In this document: piece after piece, positions 10,852 to 23,333 of the stretch
Numbering within the stretch: the stretch's first letter is position 1
Layout: every line of letters begins with the position of its first letter
Source of the DNA: Setoptus koraiensis
Lineage: Eukaryota > Animalia > Arthropoda
Assembly (NCBI GenBank): GCA_048013815.1
Contig: CM106585.1
Coordinates: 10,726,001-10,790,000, forward strand
Direction of reading: 5' to 3'
DNA length: 64,000 nt
Notes under the pieces: generated by a model
The model's database searches: none
The model's input: only the letters and a program-made list of their open reading frames with translations
Told to the model about the DNA's origin: nothing
Position numbers and translations under genes: made by a program

Positions 10852-11580
10852 AGTTTCTGCTTAAATTGTCATGAACGTTGCATAGCTAATGAACGTCACT
10901 TAGTGAATATTCTTTCGCAAATTCTGGAGAGAGTTAAAAGACTAATAATGTCTGAAAGGGATTGCCGAGAGAGGATAAAGGATTCACCTACACTATAATC
11001 ATTTTGTAGCGAAAATCCTTTCATTTGGATTGCCTGTTGGATGCAATAATTGAATAAATACTTTTTAGCGGCCACAAGTCATTAGAGCTTTTAGGGTTAC
11101 TAAATAAATGTTATTTGAATGTTGTCCAATCATGATATCATATACATGTGAGGGCCAAACGTCAATCTCTTCGGAGGAAGCAAATAAGAAGACGAAACTA
11201 GTATGTATGCTGTTTTGTCACTCTTGTTTTGGGATATACTCACTTTGGTGATTTATTGATCTCGCGGAAAAATCTTGCTGGAAAAATCACAATTGTATAG
11301 ACTGTTCTACATAGTGATCAAATCAGATGCAAAGTTTTGTGCACTCACAAGCACAGACTCTGTTTTTCCCGCCGTTGTGCCTCATATTTCTGCGGCGCCT
11401 AACGCAACAATCCCGAGCAATTGAACTGAATAATCACCATCTGTGCGGTGAAAGCATTTTCATTTCTGCACAGACCTCAATATCACAACTATGCTGGAGG
11501 TATCAGCAGATTTCCATACGGTACAGTAGGCAATTTAATTATTTACACGTTTCTTACTTCAATTCTTTACATTTGTGAGA

Positions 11581-11612
<32 letters not shown>

Positions 11613-11708
11613 CGCAGCTCGATGGTATGGTATCACAACTGCTATTTTGTATTTTAGATTTATCACTAGACAATTTATTCACTGGCCGACTATAACTATT
11701 GCAACAAC

Positions 11709-12782
11709 ATGGTCTGGCCCAACCATGGGCGATGCTCTGAAATACTGCCTCGTTTGTATTTAGGAAATATGATAACGGCCAAAAGCAATCGAGAACTAAC
11801 CAGTCTGGGAATATCCGATCTTCTCACTATTGAAACAGCCCCATTGGAACTAAAGGAACTGCCCGAGTGCATCAAACAATATCTATTTATCTACGCCATG
11901 GATCATCCCTGTCAAGATATTATATCGGACTTTGAGAAATCATTTAATTTCATCCACGAAGCCTTAACCGATCCCGATAGAAAGGTCCTAGTTCACTGTA
12001 GGGCTGGCGTGTCGAGATCGGCATCTCTCGTGATTGCTTACGTGATGAAAGCAAAAAATATACCATTTCAGGCTGCCCACGATTTTACACAAAACGCAAG
12101 AGAAATAATACAACCAAATGAAGGATTCATTGAACAATTGAAGCTATATCAAAAAATGAAATGTAACATTGATCTCAGTAATAGAGATTACAGATATGTC
12201 TGTCTCATGTCATTGTTATTTGAACACAGGCTACCGCCATTGGCAAAAACAACATTAATTACAGAGCCCTACATAGCCCGTGTTGACCCCTCAATATTCA
12301 GAATAAGTTCAGGTAGAGAAAGAATGAGGTTCATATCTTCCCAGACCAATGATAAAAAGAACACCGAGCACATACTTAACATATACTTTGCAAAGCTTAA
12401 GCCAAACTTTCTATCAGATTTATATCAACCCGAAAGCGCGTATAGATGCGCAAAATGTCGAACTATAGTCTTCTATGAAATCAACGTGCTTCAGCCACTG
12501 TCCGCAGAATTTACAATCAATACAAACGCAAATGAGGATAGTCATTATGTTGAAGATTGTGGCAATATCTATATCGAACCACAGCGTTGGACTAAATACA
12601 ATAACAAAGAAGGTTCTGGAATAATAAAATGTTTTAAGTGCCACTATAAATTGGGTGACTACAATTGGAACTGTGAAGATTCGTGTGTTACGCCATTAAG
12701 AACTTGCTTGGAGCACATGATGCTAAGAGATGTCAGCATGGTTAAGATTAGTAAAAAGAAAGTCGACGCGCCGTCATTGTGA
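11709..12782 (+). CDS. DUSP12: Dual-specificity phosphatase 12 (YVH1-like) with C-terminal zinc-binding domain, single coding exon
   Basis: Catalytic VHCRAGVSRSA motif, a D-loop (AMDHP), PNEGFIEQL, and the C-terminal YRCAKCR...C..IYIEP..W...CFKC..KLG.YNW Cys cluster. Confidence 0.9.
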   Translation: MVWPNHGRCSEILPRLYLGNMITAKSNRELTSLGISDLLTIETAPLELKELPECIKQYLFIYAMDHPCQDIISDFEKSFNFIHEALTDPDRKVLVHCRAGVSRSASLVIAYVMKAKNIPFQAAHDFTQNAREIIQPNEGFIEQLKLYQKMKCNIDLSNRDYRYVCLMSLLFEHRLPPLAKTTLITEPYIARVDPSIFRISSGRERMRFISSQTNDKKNTEHILNIYFAKLKPNFLSDLYQPESAYRCAKCRTIVFYEINVLQPLSAEFTINTNANEDSHYVEDCGNIYIEPQRWTKYNNKEGSGIIKCFKCHYKLGDYNWNCEDSCVTPLRTCLEHMMLRDVSMVKISKKKVDAPSL

Positions 12783-13161
12783 TACACAAAATGTTTACTT
12801 TTTATTAAGTTCATTTATATTTCGAAGAATGACAGAATAGACATGAATCATGAATATCAACTGGTACTCAACCCAAAATATAAAGCTTTAGGAGCATGTT
12901 TTGGTATAAATTATCAGTATATCCCGAGAATAATTTGATAATTGTTTTTCTTTTGAATCGGAGAGGCTTGGCTCTTTAAGTTGCTTTTATAGTACATGAT
13001 ATAATTTCCGATATTATATATTCAATGTTTAATGACTAGAATATCCTAAAGACAGGATATTTTTAGCAGTATCCTAACATCACAAATTGGTTGTATATGA
13101 TTTGTTGTCGTTGAGTTCATTCCGTTGGGGGGTTAAAAATTTTTTATAATTAGTGAAGGGT

Positions 13162-15225
13162 TCAAGCAGACACTAAAGGCTCACAAAGAAATCGCCCCGC
13201 TCTAACTTCTGATTTGAACAATGACACTCTATATCCAGGGGCGACTAGTTTCAGTTGTAAACCAGATAGAGATTTTGAAGGAATGGCAAACTGTACGTTG
13301 ACGAGACTCGGTTTGGTTGGTCCGGAGCTAAGGTCGAATCTTGCTAACAAAGATCCTATACAAGTTGTAGAATCGACAGCTTGCATCATGTCACTAAATG
13401 TCCAGCTCAATTCAGATGTGCTCACATCCCATTGTCCTTGTGGTTTACTTTGGAATGACGTTACCCCTCCATCTACTCTGAGTGAAAACTTCAAATCTTT
13501 TATATCAGAGATGGTCAATCCAGAACTATTATAAAGATCATTGTACTTCAAATCAATTCTAAGCTTTGTTGTGTTTGGATCACACTGCCAATGCGAGATC
13601 ATTTGTAGGGGGCTAGAATTTGATTGCAAATCTTCCTGTTTCAGCGTATAGCGTAGAATCTCAATATTATAATATTTTGCTAACGGTTTCTGCCGATTCA
13701 ATTCCAGGATATGTCGCGAGAATGAGGGCATGTCAACCTCGTAGGGGCCTTCAAACGAGTCGTTTCTTGCTTGATTATCTTTTTTTATCAACTCTTGATT
13801 ACAGTACAATTTTTTCAGTCTTGCGACGTTCTCTAACCGAAAGCATAGCTTTGACATACCCATTCCAGGAGGCACTTTAGTGAGATTAGCCGGCACAGCT
13901 ATTTTAACATATCCAAGAAGCTGTACGATACAATCTTTTTCGTTTCCTCTAAATGTTGCATTGATAGACTCTTGATTCGCTACAGCAATGATGACTGGTT
14001 TGTTGTCAGACTTAGCGAGTGTTTTTTCTCTATAGAAACTGTCGTTCATATGACTATGAGATAGTCTGCCGTTGATAGTTGGGGGGTTGAACCCGAATGG
14101 ATCATGGTTTCCTTGATGGGAACTTAGTTTGTTGTTCCCAGGTTTCGTCAAACCTAACTGCTGGTGTGCTGGAATCGGTCTGCTAGGCAGTACGTCCAGC
14201 ATAAGATTCGAGTCGACTTGGATGGGCTCCTTCTTCAAAGTAGATACATTAGAGAATAGTTCATTTAAGTCTGCATATCTATCGTTGACGACAGGCGATT
14301 GTGCCTGTTGAGTTTGGGATGGTTTGAGTATAGAAGAATATTCATCGTCTTTCAAGCCGATTGAGGATCGTCTTAGGTTGTTGTTGTTCAATGAAGGTGC
14401 TGCATTGTTGACAGCATGAGTGTTGAGATTATATTGTGATAAATGTAAAGGTAAATTTGTACTTTTATGGTGTCTCCTTGTAGCTTGTTTGGCCAGGTTT
14501 AGATTTCCTAAGGGTTTCCATGCCTCCACTGTTGCCCTCAATTCATCTACAGAGGCACTCAGTTTGCTAGGAGTCACTTGAGACAATGGCTTGATATTAA
14601 TATTGATCTTTTTATTGGCCGGATCTTGGTCATCATCGTCCCAATCTGAATCACTTTCCGAATCTGAGTTGCTAACTCCATTATTTGTTGTTCTGCTAGC
14701 TGAGCTTGATTTACTCTGACTGTCAAATTGATTGGAGGCTCTCATGCGACGACTAATTTCAGATAATGGTGACGATGTTGCCGATGTGGACATGGCTGAG
14801 GATGATGAGTTGAAAGAGGGCTTCTTTGTGATTGGTTGTTCCTGGCCATTTCTATCACGCGCGCTACTTCTATTTGTAAAGTTATTGAAATCTTTGATAG
14901 AGCCACTTGTTGTTGTGGAGTCTGATGTGTTAGTGATGCTAACAACTGAGTTAGTTTTACGATTCATGTTATAGCTTATAAATAGGTCTGGGTTTATTTG
15001 GGGATCTGATGATAATTGTTGTTGTTGTTGTTGTTGAGCTGCTTGTGTAAAATGTCCATTATGCCTGAGCTCTTTTTCATTGGGTATCGGGACTGAAAGT
15101 AGCACACCGCTTTCGCTATTGATGTTCTTTTGTAATGTTGTTGCGTTGTTGGCATCATCAATTTGTAACTTTTTGTTCTTATGCAGAAAATTGAAATTAA
15201 ATGAAAGTTCCTTGAATGAACCCAT
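13162..15225 (-). CDS. SGIP1/FCHo-family endocytic adaptor with mu-homology domain; no F-BAR domain visible
   Basis: SDSDSDWDDD..KKININIKP and ASVDELRAT motifs of the FCHo/SGIP1 linker. C-terminal muHD: PVIIAVANQESINATFRG...LLGYVKIAVP...W.CDP..T.LRIDLKYN...GSLLARFDL..GP.KP..V.VQF...Y.VSLFK..VRAGRFL. Confidence 0.85.
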   Translation of the reverse strand: MGSFKELSFNFNFLHKNKKLQIDDANNATTLQKNINSESGVLLSVPIPNEKELRHNGHFTQAAQQQQQQQLSSDPQINPDLFISYNMNRKTNSVVSITNTSDSTTTSGSIKDFNNFTNRSSARDRNGQEQPITKKPSFNSSSSAMSTSATSSPLSEISRRMRASNQFDSQSKSSSASRTTNNGVSNSDSESDSDWDDDDQDPANKKININIKPLSQVTPSKLSASVDELRATVEAWKPLGNLNLAKQATRRHHKSTNLPLHLSQYNLNTHAVNNAAPSLNNNNLRRSSIGLKDDEYSSILKPSQTQQAQSPVVNDRYADLNELFSNVSTLKKEPIQVDSNLMLDVLPSRPIPAHQQLGLTKPGNNKLSSHQGNHDPFGFNPPTINGRLSHSHMNDSFYREKTLAKSDNKPVIIAVANQESINATFRGNEKDCIVQLLGYVKIAVPANLTKVPPGMGMSKLCFRLENVARLKKLYCNQELIKKDNQARNDSFEGPYEVDMPSFSRHILELNRQKPLAKYYNIEILRYTLKQEDLQSNSSPLQMISHWQCDPNTTKLRIDLKYNDLYNSSGLTISDIKDLKFSLRVDGGVTSFQSKPQGQWDVSTSELSWTFSDMMQAVDSTTCIGSLLARFDLSSGPTKPSLVNVQFAIPSKSLSGLQLKLVAPGYRVSLFKSEVRAGRFLCEPLVSA

Positions 15226-17035
15226 TTAACAAAAATAATTTGTTTTCTCTTGTAGATAGAGATTGAAAATGATTCATAAACTGTTGCTGATTGTGTGTGC
15301 TTGGCGAATATCACTAGAGACTAGAAAATGATAATATAATGTAAGTGGGATAGTGATGATAAAATATGTTAATGATAGATCAATTTGTAAGAATTACAGT
15401 ACCTACGGATTGTGCATGAGGGGATCACCAGATGCCGATACTTACATTATTCTCCTATTCATTGTTGTTATCTAATGTAAATTTGGAAATAGTCCTATAT
15501 CGTTCAACTAGCTTGACTTGTGTTGGCGAACGAACATTATACCATCGCTCTTAATTATACTGTACATGCCATGATTCGTGAATTGTATATAGTGTGTATG
15601 ACAGTGGTTTTTCTAGCAAGAATATTGACCCTAAAGTTAATAATAATTGAATATACTAATTAGATATTTGTCTAATATGACTGAACCATGCTCGTGAAAA
15701 CTGTTTAGCAAATAATAATATCTTTTGGTAAATTATTAATGGTAATTGATTGATTGGCAACGAGAAAAACAATTCTTCTTGTTTAAATGCGCATAGAATG
15801 GACCTGTTGACAGCCGAGTTCGCTATTGTTTAGTGCAAATAAAAGAGGCTTGTGGCGAACAATAATGGCGTGGGGCTGTAATAAATCATATCGTTGTCAT
15901 TTCTGGATATTAGTGGTTAGTTAACTGGTGATGATGATAATAGTTATAATAGTAGAAATTCATTGATTGGTGATGGTATCAATAGGCTAAACTATAACAA
16001 TTTCAATATAGAATATAATATAAATAAATTGTGATATTCAAAATAGTATCTCTAGTAATAATAATAGAAGTAGAAAAAATTTATCTGTGATGGTGATAGT
16101 ATTAGTAATAATAATAATACTATCAGTAATACTGATGATTATAAAAGTATATAGTGACGATACAATGGGCGCTGCTGTTGTTGTTCCTTATCCACTAGTT
16201 CCACGTAAATACGTAGTATATGAGGCAGCAGAATGCAGTAGTGAGATAGTGGCAGCAGTGGTAGTAGTGGTAGTATGGTGGTTATAGTGGTAGTGGTGGT
16301 TGTTGGCAACCATCGGAGGCATTAATGGTGGTAGCAGTGGTAGTGGTGGTGGTGCAGTATAGCTGTTCACTGTACTACACACTGTAGCGAGAGAATGAGC
16401 GAGACTTGCAAAGAATTCATAGCCTGTACGTCTGTGTGTGTGTCTGTCACAAACACAACATCTATTGTGTGTGTTCGTTTGTATGCTCGTCTGTCTGTCT
16501 GTCTGTATATAAATATACATGCATGAGTGTGTTCGAAAGAGTGCAACTACCGTAGAAACAGATGCTGTTGTCGTTGGTAACCTTCAATCTATTCAATCTC
16601 TCTGGTTGTTGTTGTTGTTGTTGTGTTCGCTTGACTTTAACAAGCCATTAGTCGGCTATAGTCAGTCAAGCCAACAAGTTTGCCAGCTAGTCACCTGGCG
16701 GGACTTAGTGATCTGTTATTATTTAAAGGGATCAAACAATCAATCGACAGCGACAACGTCAACAACAGCGACAAGAATGAGGAAGAAGCTACCTTTTAGG
16801 CTTGTCTCTATAATTGAAAAACTTCTTTGAACTTTAATTATCGTCCCCATTGCTAGTGGTGATTGGTACACAACAAAATCTAGTCTTCATTCAGACTTGT
16901 TGTTATTGCATAATTGTCTTAGATAACTATATACATTATAAAAGTGAGTGTGTATAGTGCACATACACGAAGGCATTATGAAACACTTATATCTTATTTA
17001 ACACTTATTATTCAAACTATTTATTCTGGCGCATC

Positions 17036-17971
17036 TCAACTTTCCACTTGAAAGGCATTATGAGGGTCGAAAACCCGTGATGTAGAACCCTTCATTTTGG
17101 CCTTTTTGTATCTGTTATAAATGCATGATGCAACACCAATAATCGCTGATATAATCACTAATAGTATACTTAACGTGATAAACCAATAAGTAAAATTGTA
17201 TAACAATGAGTCGCAATACGAACTATCTCTTTCAATATCTTGATAGATGCTGGTCGTAGCCGGTAAATCCGTTGTTGTACTTATTATCGATTCATTTCCT
17301 TGTGCTGTTGTTGTTCCTGGCATTGCAGCGATTACAACATTATTTGCTGCAACAACTCCATCACTAGACTCTGTTATCGCATTGGGCTGCATCCTATATA
17401 TATAAAATGTGATCAATATGAAAATAAATATAACAACACAATTGAATATGATATTAACTACACTGGCTACTATATCTTTGACTTCATTCGTCAAATTGAC
17501 ATGATTCCTCAATATAGGCAAATCAAATCCACTCGCTAGATTGAACACGTTACTGGCAACCATAACAAACCCAATCGTGAATACTAATTTGGGTAAGGCT
17601 AAAATTATAATACAATTAAGATATTGGTATTAAAATTAGGCTAAATCAATTTGTTTTGCAACTTTCTGATAGTTAGTCTTGCGAGAAATTCTATTTAATT
17701 TACCTGGCTGACATGGACAATTGTCCAAATTGAGTAGACCTATGAAGAATAATAGTATAGGTACTATAATGGTTCCCAATAGGCAAAGCATCCATGTTGT
17801 AGTGCTGGCAAATGCACAGATTATTTCTAAAACTAATTCTAGTTTTGTGTCAGATTTAGATTTGGCATCATTCATTTTGGCTGTGAAACTTTTCTTGATA
17901 TACTCAGGCCATAATGTTATCTGTTTGAGACAATTACCGAATGTATCATTTCTTTCTTGCTCCTCGTTCAA
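17036..17971 (-). CDS. TMEM272-like multi-pass membrane protein; exons about 17971-17704 and 17598-17036; true start uncertain (track start is TTG, first ATG about 17875)
   Basis: The spliced frame reads IGLLNLDNCPCQP|ALPKLVFTIG...YCDSLLYNFTYWFITLS with four hydrophobic segments. The G..L..CP.QP.IP and YC...LY.F..W pattern fits the TMEM272 family. The intron is GT-AG, phase 1. Confidence 0.6.
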
Positions 17972-20564
17972 TTGCCGCGTAGACTGAGAATGTCCAGAGC
18001 TCAGCTATTTTTGATGAATTTATACAAATACACATAATGCGAAACGATAAAGAGTAACGATGAATTGTTGCAGCACGTATTACAAACGGGATAAAGAATG
18101 TAGTTTACGTAATGTAGTTTGTGTTACTTTCCATGGGTGTGAATAATAAAGGCCACGACCCGCATCCTCAACTTACGTCTATCTGACTCATGTTTTGTAG
18201 TTGTTGTTCATTAACAACCAGCTCCAATGTGCTGGTTGCTAATTGCTCTGGCATTGTTAAAACTGTTTTCGCTTCCTAGTGAATAGGATATGTAAATGTG
18301 TCCTTTCCTTAAACAAGAGTCATTCAATAACTTTACTAGAAACGATCGCTTTTATAGAATGCTGCACCTCGCAATTAGTAGCCTTGATTTTCCATCTAGA
18401 TCACCTTCAGATTTCCATGATCAGAAAAACCAGAACACTTCCACCATCTACAATGAATGGAACCGGTAGTGAACGGGCCCAAAAATATTGTTGCTAATTC
18501 TATGTTGTCGTGTATTGCTCGTGAATCTAGCGGCTAAGATTACCCATATATTTTCTACGAGTAGTTGCGAAGTGTTCAAATCAATACTACTATTACTACT
18601 AACTATCTATTCAGTAACAACCGTTTGATGCTATACTGAAATGTTGAGTGTTGTGTCTCGTATTTTATTGTTTGCACTAACAGCGGGCTTGAAGAAGTTG
18701 CTTCCAATGTTATGTAACATGATGATTTGATTAACAGGTGTAAATATTATTATTATTCTATTATTGCATTATTGAACTGATAACTTGAAACTAATATCCA
18801 GCACACATGACTAACTATTCAGGTTGTGGACAAAACATAAGCATCAATGTGGCTTTAGTAAAAGTTCAACAACGACATCGACAGCAGCTTGTAGTTTAAT
18901 TGTACTGACTAACATTATCATCATCTCGATTATAATGATGATGCTTGTTGGTGCAGAAGAGTAAAGCGGCTTCCAAAATGCTCCACTTGACAGTTGAAAT
19001 AGTCGTTAATAAAATTTATCATTATGAAAGAACACACCACTGTAAACTGTAGGCAATTGATCATCATTTCCCAACATACAACAACGAAAGATATATTGTT
19101 CGAGCTTACTGGTTACTCTAGTTTTGCGACATTAGTTCAGTATCAGTAGTGCCAGTACTAAATAGCAGAATTATCCCAGATAAGAAACACGGATCAGTTA
19201 TAAATAAATAACATCAACATCATACATCGACAGACACTATAATAAAACACAGAATGAATAGAAGCCGTGTACTCATGTCTATGTGTATTGTTTTGCTACG
19301 CTTCAAGCAACATAATTTATGGTGATGTTTATTTAGCCTTCTATTTTCTCATTCATTCACTTTTGTTCCGTCAATGGACTCTGGATGATCCGTAATGATC
19401 AGCATCGAGCTTCATCAGTAGCATGGAAATTGCCGAAAATTCATTGATTTCGTTTATTTGTTTGCAAAGTTCGACTTATAGTCGAGGCATATCAGAATTA
19501 AAAATACAACAAGTGGCCAATAATTAGCAACAAAGGTGAACGGGATTTCAAGTTGATTAACAAACAACAGGATGCATATGGAATAATTTTCTGCCCCTCG
19601 AAAAATTTCATAATTAACATAATGATCTCTCCATGTCGAGCTTATGACAAAACAATTTTACGCGAGAAAGCTTTCTAATTCGATTCACCCATCAACATGC
19701 AACAACAAAGAGTGTGCAATAGTTTAAATGTTGGTTCACCGCCAGCATTATTCTCATTAGTATATACTTATCGCATGTAAATAGAATTGCTATAATTAGA
19801 CGACAGGAAACGCGCTCCTTGATGAGCAGAGAAGAGTTTGCCATTCTATGAAGCTATCCCGAATCTAATTGTTAGTCATAACAAGAAGGATAGATCTTAG
19901 TCGAGTTCAAATGTTTTGAAGTTCTCGCACAAACCGTCTGAGTAAGCTTGGCTGACAGTTGAACAATCTCATGATGAATTACATTGGCACCAAAACATCT
20001 ATAAGCTTATGATCGATAAGCTCATTCGCTCCTTCTGTTGAGGAAGGATTCATTAACATGTAAAAATCATCAGATTCTTTGACTTCAGTTGGCAGATATG
20101 TGTTGTCTAGCTCACCGCATTTCTTAAAAAAAAATCAACTTCGAACTAATAAGACACCCTCACCGTAGAAATCTGAGGAGATCCGCTGTTCAAAATGGCT
20201 TGGCGAGAGTTGAAAGATGACCGAATGCCTCACGATATCGTTTAAAAAAAATCACAATAATCTGATGACAGAATTTGGGCGATGACACATGTCGTGAGAA
20301 CGCGACTCGACAGTAACTATCATAAAGATGATGAAAACAGCAGGAGACTTAGATCGCTAATCATTCTAGTATAGTTTTACTTTATTATTATAGTAATAAT
20401 ATGTAACCTCTGTTGTGTACTAACTTGCATCATATCAAATTCTTCAGTTATGCTAAATAATTAAAATTCAACAAGATTTTTAGCTAGGTTGGTTCGTGCT
20501 TGATTATGAATACGTCAGGTTTGTTCACGTCTATTCGTGATCATAAGTGCCCCGCTCTTTTAGA

Positions 20565-23333
20565 TCACTCCCACTCGGTGGTTCCAGGAGGCTTGGGTGT
20601 TAGATCATAGAGCACTCTCGATATGGAGGGTACTTTGAGGATTGATTCGACTATCTTCTTAAAGACCTATAAAAATGAACAATACGAAATAATAAATATT
20701 AGGTTGGTTAATTTCCAAGTTTTAGTTTGAAGGCCAAAATCAATTTAGAAGTTGATAATAATACTAACCTCTGAGGGAATTTGATCATTTATTGTCACAG
20801 GAACTCCAGTCATAAAGTCTTCAGTGACGAAGGTTCGCAGTACTATTGAGTATTGACATGAGGGTTGGGGTTGCCTCAAGACAACATCACGATCAAAATG
20901 AATGGGAATCAGAATGACTGGCATCTGTGAAACTTTTTTATGGTAGTTACTTTCATGCAAAATAGTTTGTGCTCTCGAATCTGCTTCTCGGAGGATGCTT
21001 AAAACTTGAGGGGTCAGTGTTGTGGGTGTTATGTCATTAATAGTATACTGAACATTATCACCGAAAACCCAACAAACTCTGCAAATACAAAACACAATTG
21101 ATTTGTTGATAGATAAATCAAACATGATATATAATAATAATATAATAAAAATGGTATTTAGTATATAGTGAAGGTATATGTTGAATCTCAAAAGACAGCA
21201 AATTGTAGAATATGAACTCACCTATTGACATTGTGACAGATCTGTGGAATTGTTTTGGCAAGCCGGGCCATGTCGTGCCAATCTGTTGGTTCTTCGTTGC
21301 TAGACAAGGCGACTACGTATGAGTATGTCCTACAATCGCCTTGGACACCAACACTTCTGATTGGCATCAGAGTTGATGTCAATTCATATTGCTCGCTTAC
21401 TCTAGATAGAAATTGTTGGTCCTCTTGGCTGGTAGCCTTTTGTATCCTACCTATTAAGGGATGTTGACGCTTGAGCGATATCGCATAGCTCACAATAACT
21501 TTAGCTAAAACACTGGTCTCGCTGAAATCCTTCTCCATGTAGGGCTCATTCGCACATATAACTCTGATAGCCAAACCAGGACCAGGAAATGGATGTCTAT
21601 TGACAATAGCCTCTGGTAGACCCAAATCTCTACCCAAAACTCTAACTTCATCTTTGTGAAAGTCTTTTAACGGCTCGATAACTCTGCCTTTAGAACGCAG
21701 AATCCTTACTAACTCAGTATCATTGTGGTGAGTCTTGATAGCATCCGCTGATGATGATGCGAGATGCGAAGCACTCTCGATGAGATCCGGTCGAAGTGTA
21801 CCTTGACCTAGAAAGACATGATCGGGATCTAAATCCAACTGGGCAATCAAGTCGTTTGCAATCCTTATGAATGTGTCGCCAATGATTTTTCTTTTCTCTT
21901 CGGGTACTGTCACTTTGCACAATGGTTTAGTTATACGTTTCCTTTTGGGCTCTTTTGGATCAACTTGAACAGTAGTAGTTGCATTGCGGAATTGATGCTC
22001 TGCCTTTATCACTGAATAATCAGTGCGATCATGTTTGAATATAGGTAATAAGATTAAGTCAGTAATAAAAAAAAAATAGATCGGAGAAGAGTATCTAGCA
22101 TCTATAAAGTATTCCATCCAGATCACTCGATATAAAAATGTACGCGTAAACAAGAGTTGCTGCTATTATGGCTCTGTTGCCTTACCTTTAACTTCCAGAC
22201 CGAGTTGATTAAGCGACCTCTCTACACTATCACTTTCGTCTTTTCTCATGAATCCATTGTCGATATGATAAGCAATAACTTGATCGGCATTCAATGCTTT
22301 TCGGAAGAGCGCCGCACAAACCGTCGAATCGACACCTCCGGATAATAAGACCTAAAGGTAGATGTTGCAACGTAGGTGATAAGAAAGTAGTTGTAAAAAT
22401 ACGTTTGTGGTAAATAAAAATTGTTTTGACGATGTTATCGGACGCCGTTCATAGAGTTGCATGTCCTAATAAGTAGCACAGTAAACAATTTTGACGTCAT
22501 AATTGCGAGAAAGATTACATCAAGATAACTAATCGAATGATCTGTTGTCAAGTGATGTGCGTGTGTATGTAAACAAACAACAACTATTAGGTGTAATGTA
22601 ATCTACTTACCAAGACTTTTTCTGAGCCAACAGTCTGTCGAATATTTTCTATACAAGCGGGCTCTCTACTTTGCATGGTAAATATACCATGTAGTTCAGC
22701 AATTTCAAATAGGAAGTTCTTAAGCATCAATTTACCATTGGTTGTAAGATCAACTTCGGGATGAAATTGAACTCCATAGATACGCTGTTTTTCGTTACTA
22801 ATAGCGGCAACAACTTCGCCCGACATTGCTATCAGTTTGAAGTCTTGTGCAATTATTTGCACACTGTCCCCATGAGTCAGTAAGACTTGTTCCTCGGTGG
22901 CTAAACCCTTAAATAAGGGACTACCATTATCAACTTTGATGGTGAATTGTCCGTCTTCTCTGAAGTCTTTACGTTGAACAGTGCCATTGAACTCTTTGTT
23001 GATTAAGTGAAAACCATAGCATATGCCTAGCACCGGCAGACCACAACGAAATATCTGAGGATCGTACTGGCTCTCTTCGATTTCGATTGATTTAGTGGGC
23101 ACCGATTGGGTTGGTGAGGCCGAAGATAGATTAGCTGGACCACCGCTAATGATGATGGCTTTGTATTCTTCCTGCAACAATTGTTTGGCCGTTGTGTTCA
23201 GGGGCAATATGTAACATTCAACATTTAGTTCTCTTATGCGTCTATCAATTAATTTGCCATATTGTGAGCCAGCATCTAATATGGCCACTTTTTCGCTTTG
23301 CAGCTGGGTTACTGGTAGTGGTGCGATTTCCAT
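20565..23333 (-). CDS. GMPS: GMP synthase (glutamine-hydrolysing); exons 23333-22611, 22351-22186, 22011-21222, 21078-20769, 20666-20565 (about 696 aa)
   Basis: GATase motifs (ILDAGSQYG, PVLGICYG, GVQFHPEVD), the ATPPase P-loop LLSGGVDSTV, QGTLRPDLIES, IKTHHN, RHPFPGPGLAIR, and C-terminal RVLYDLTPKPPGTTEWE*. Four GT-AG introns are in phase. Confidence 0.96.
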
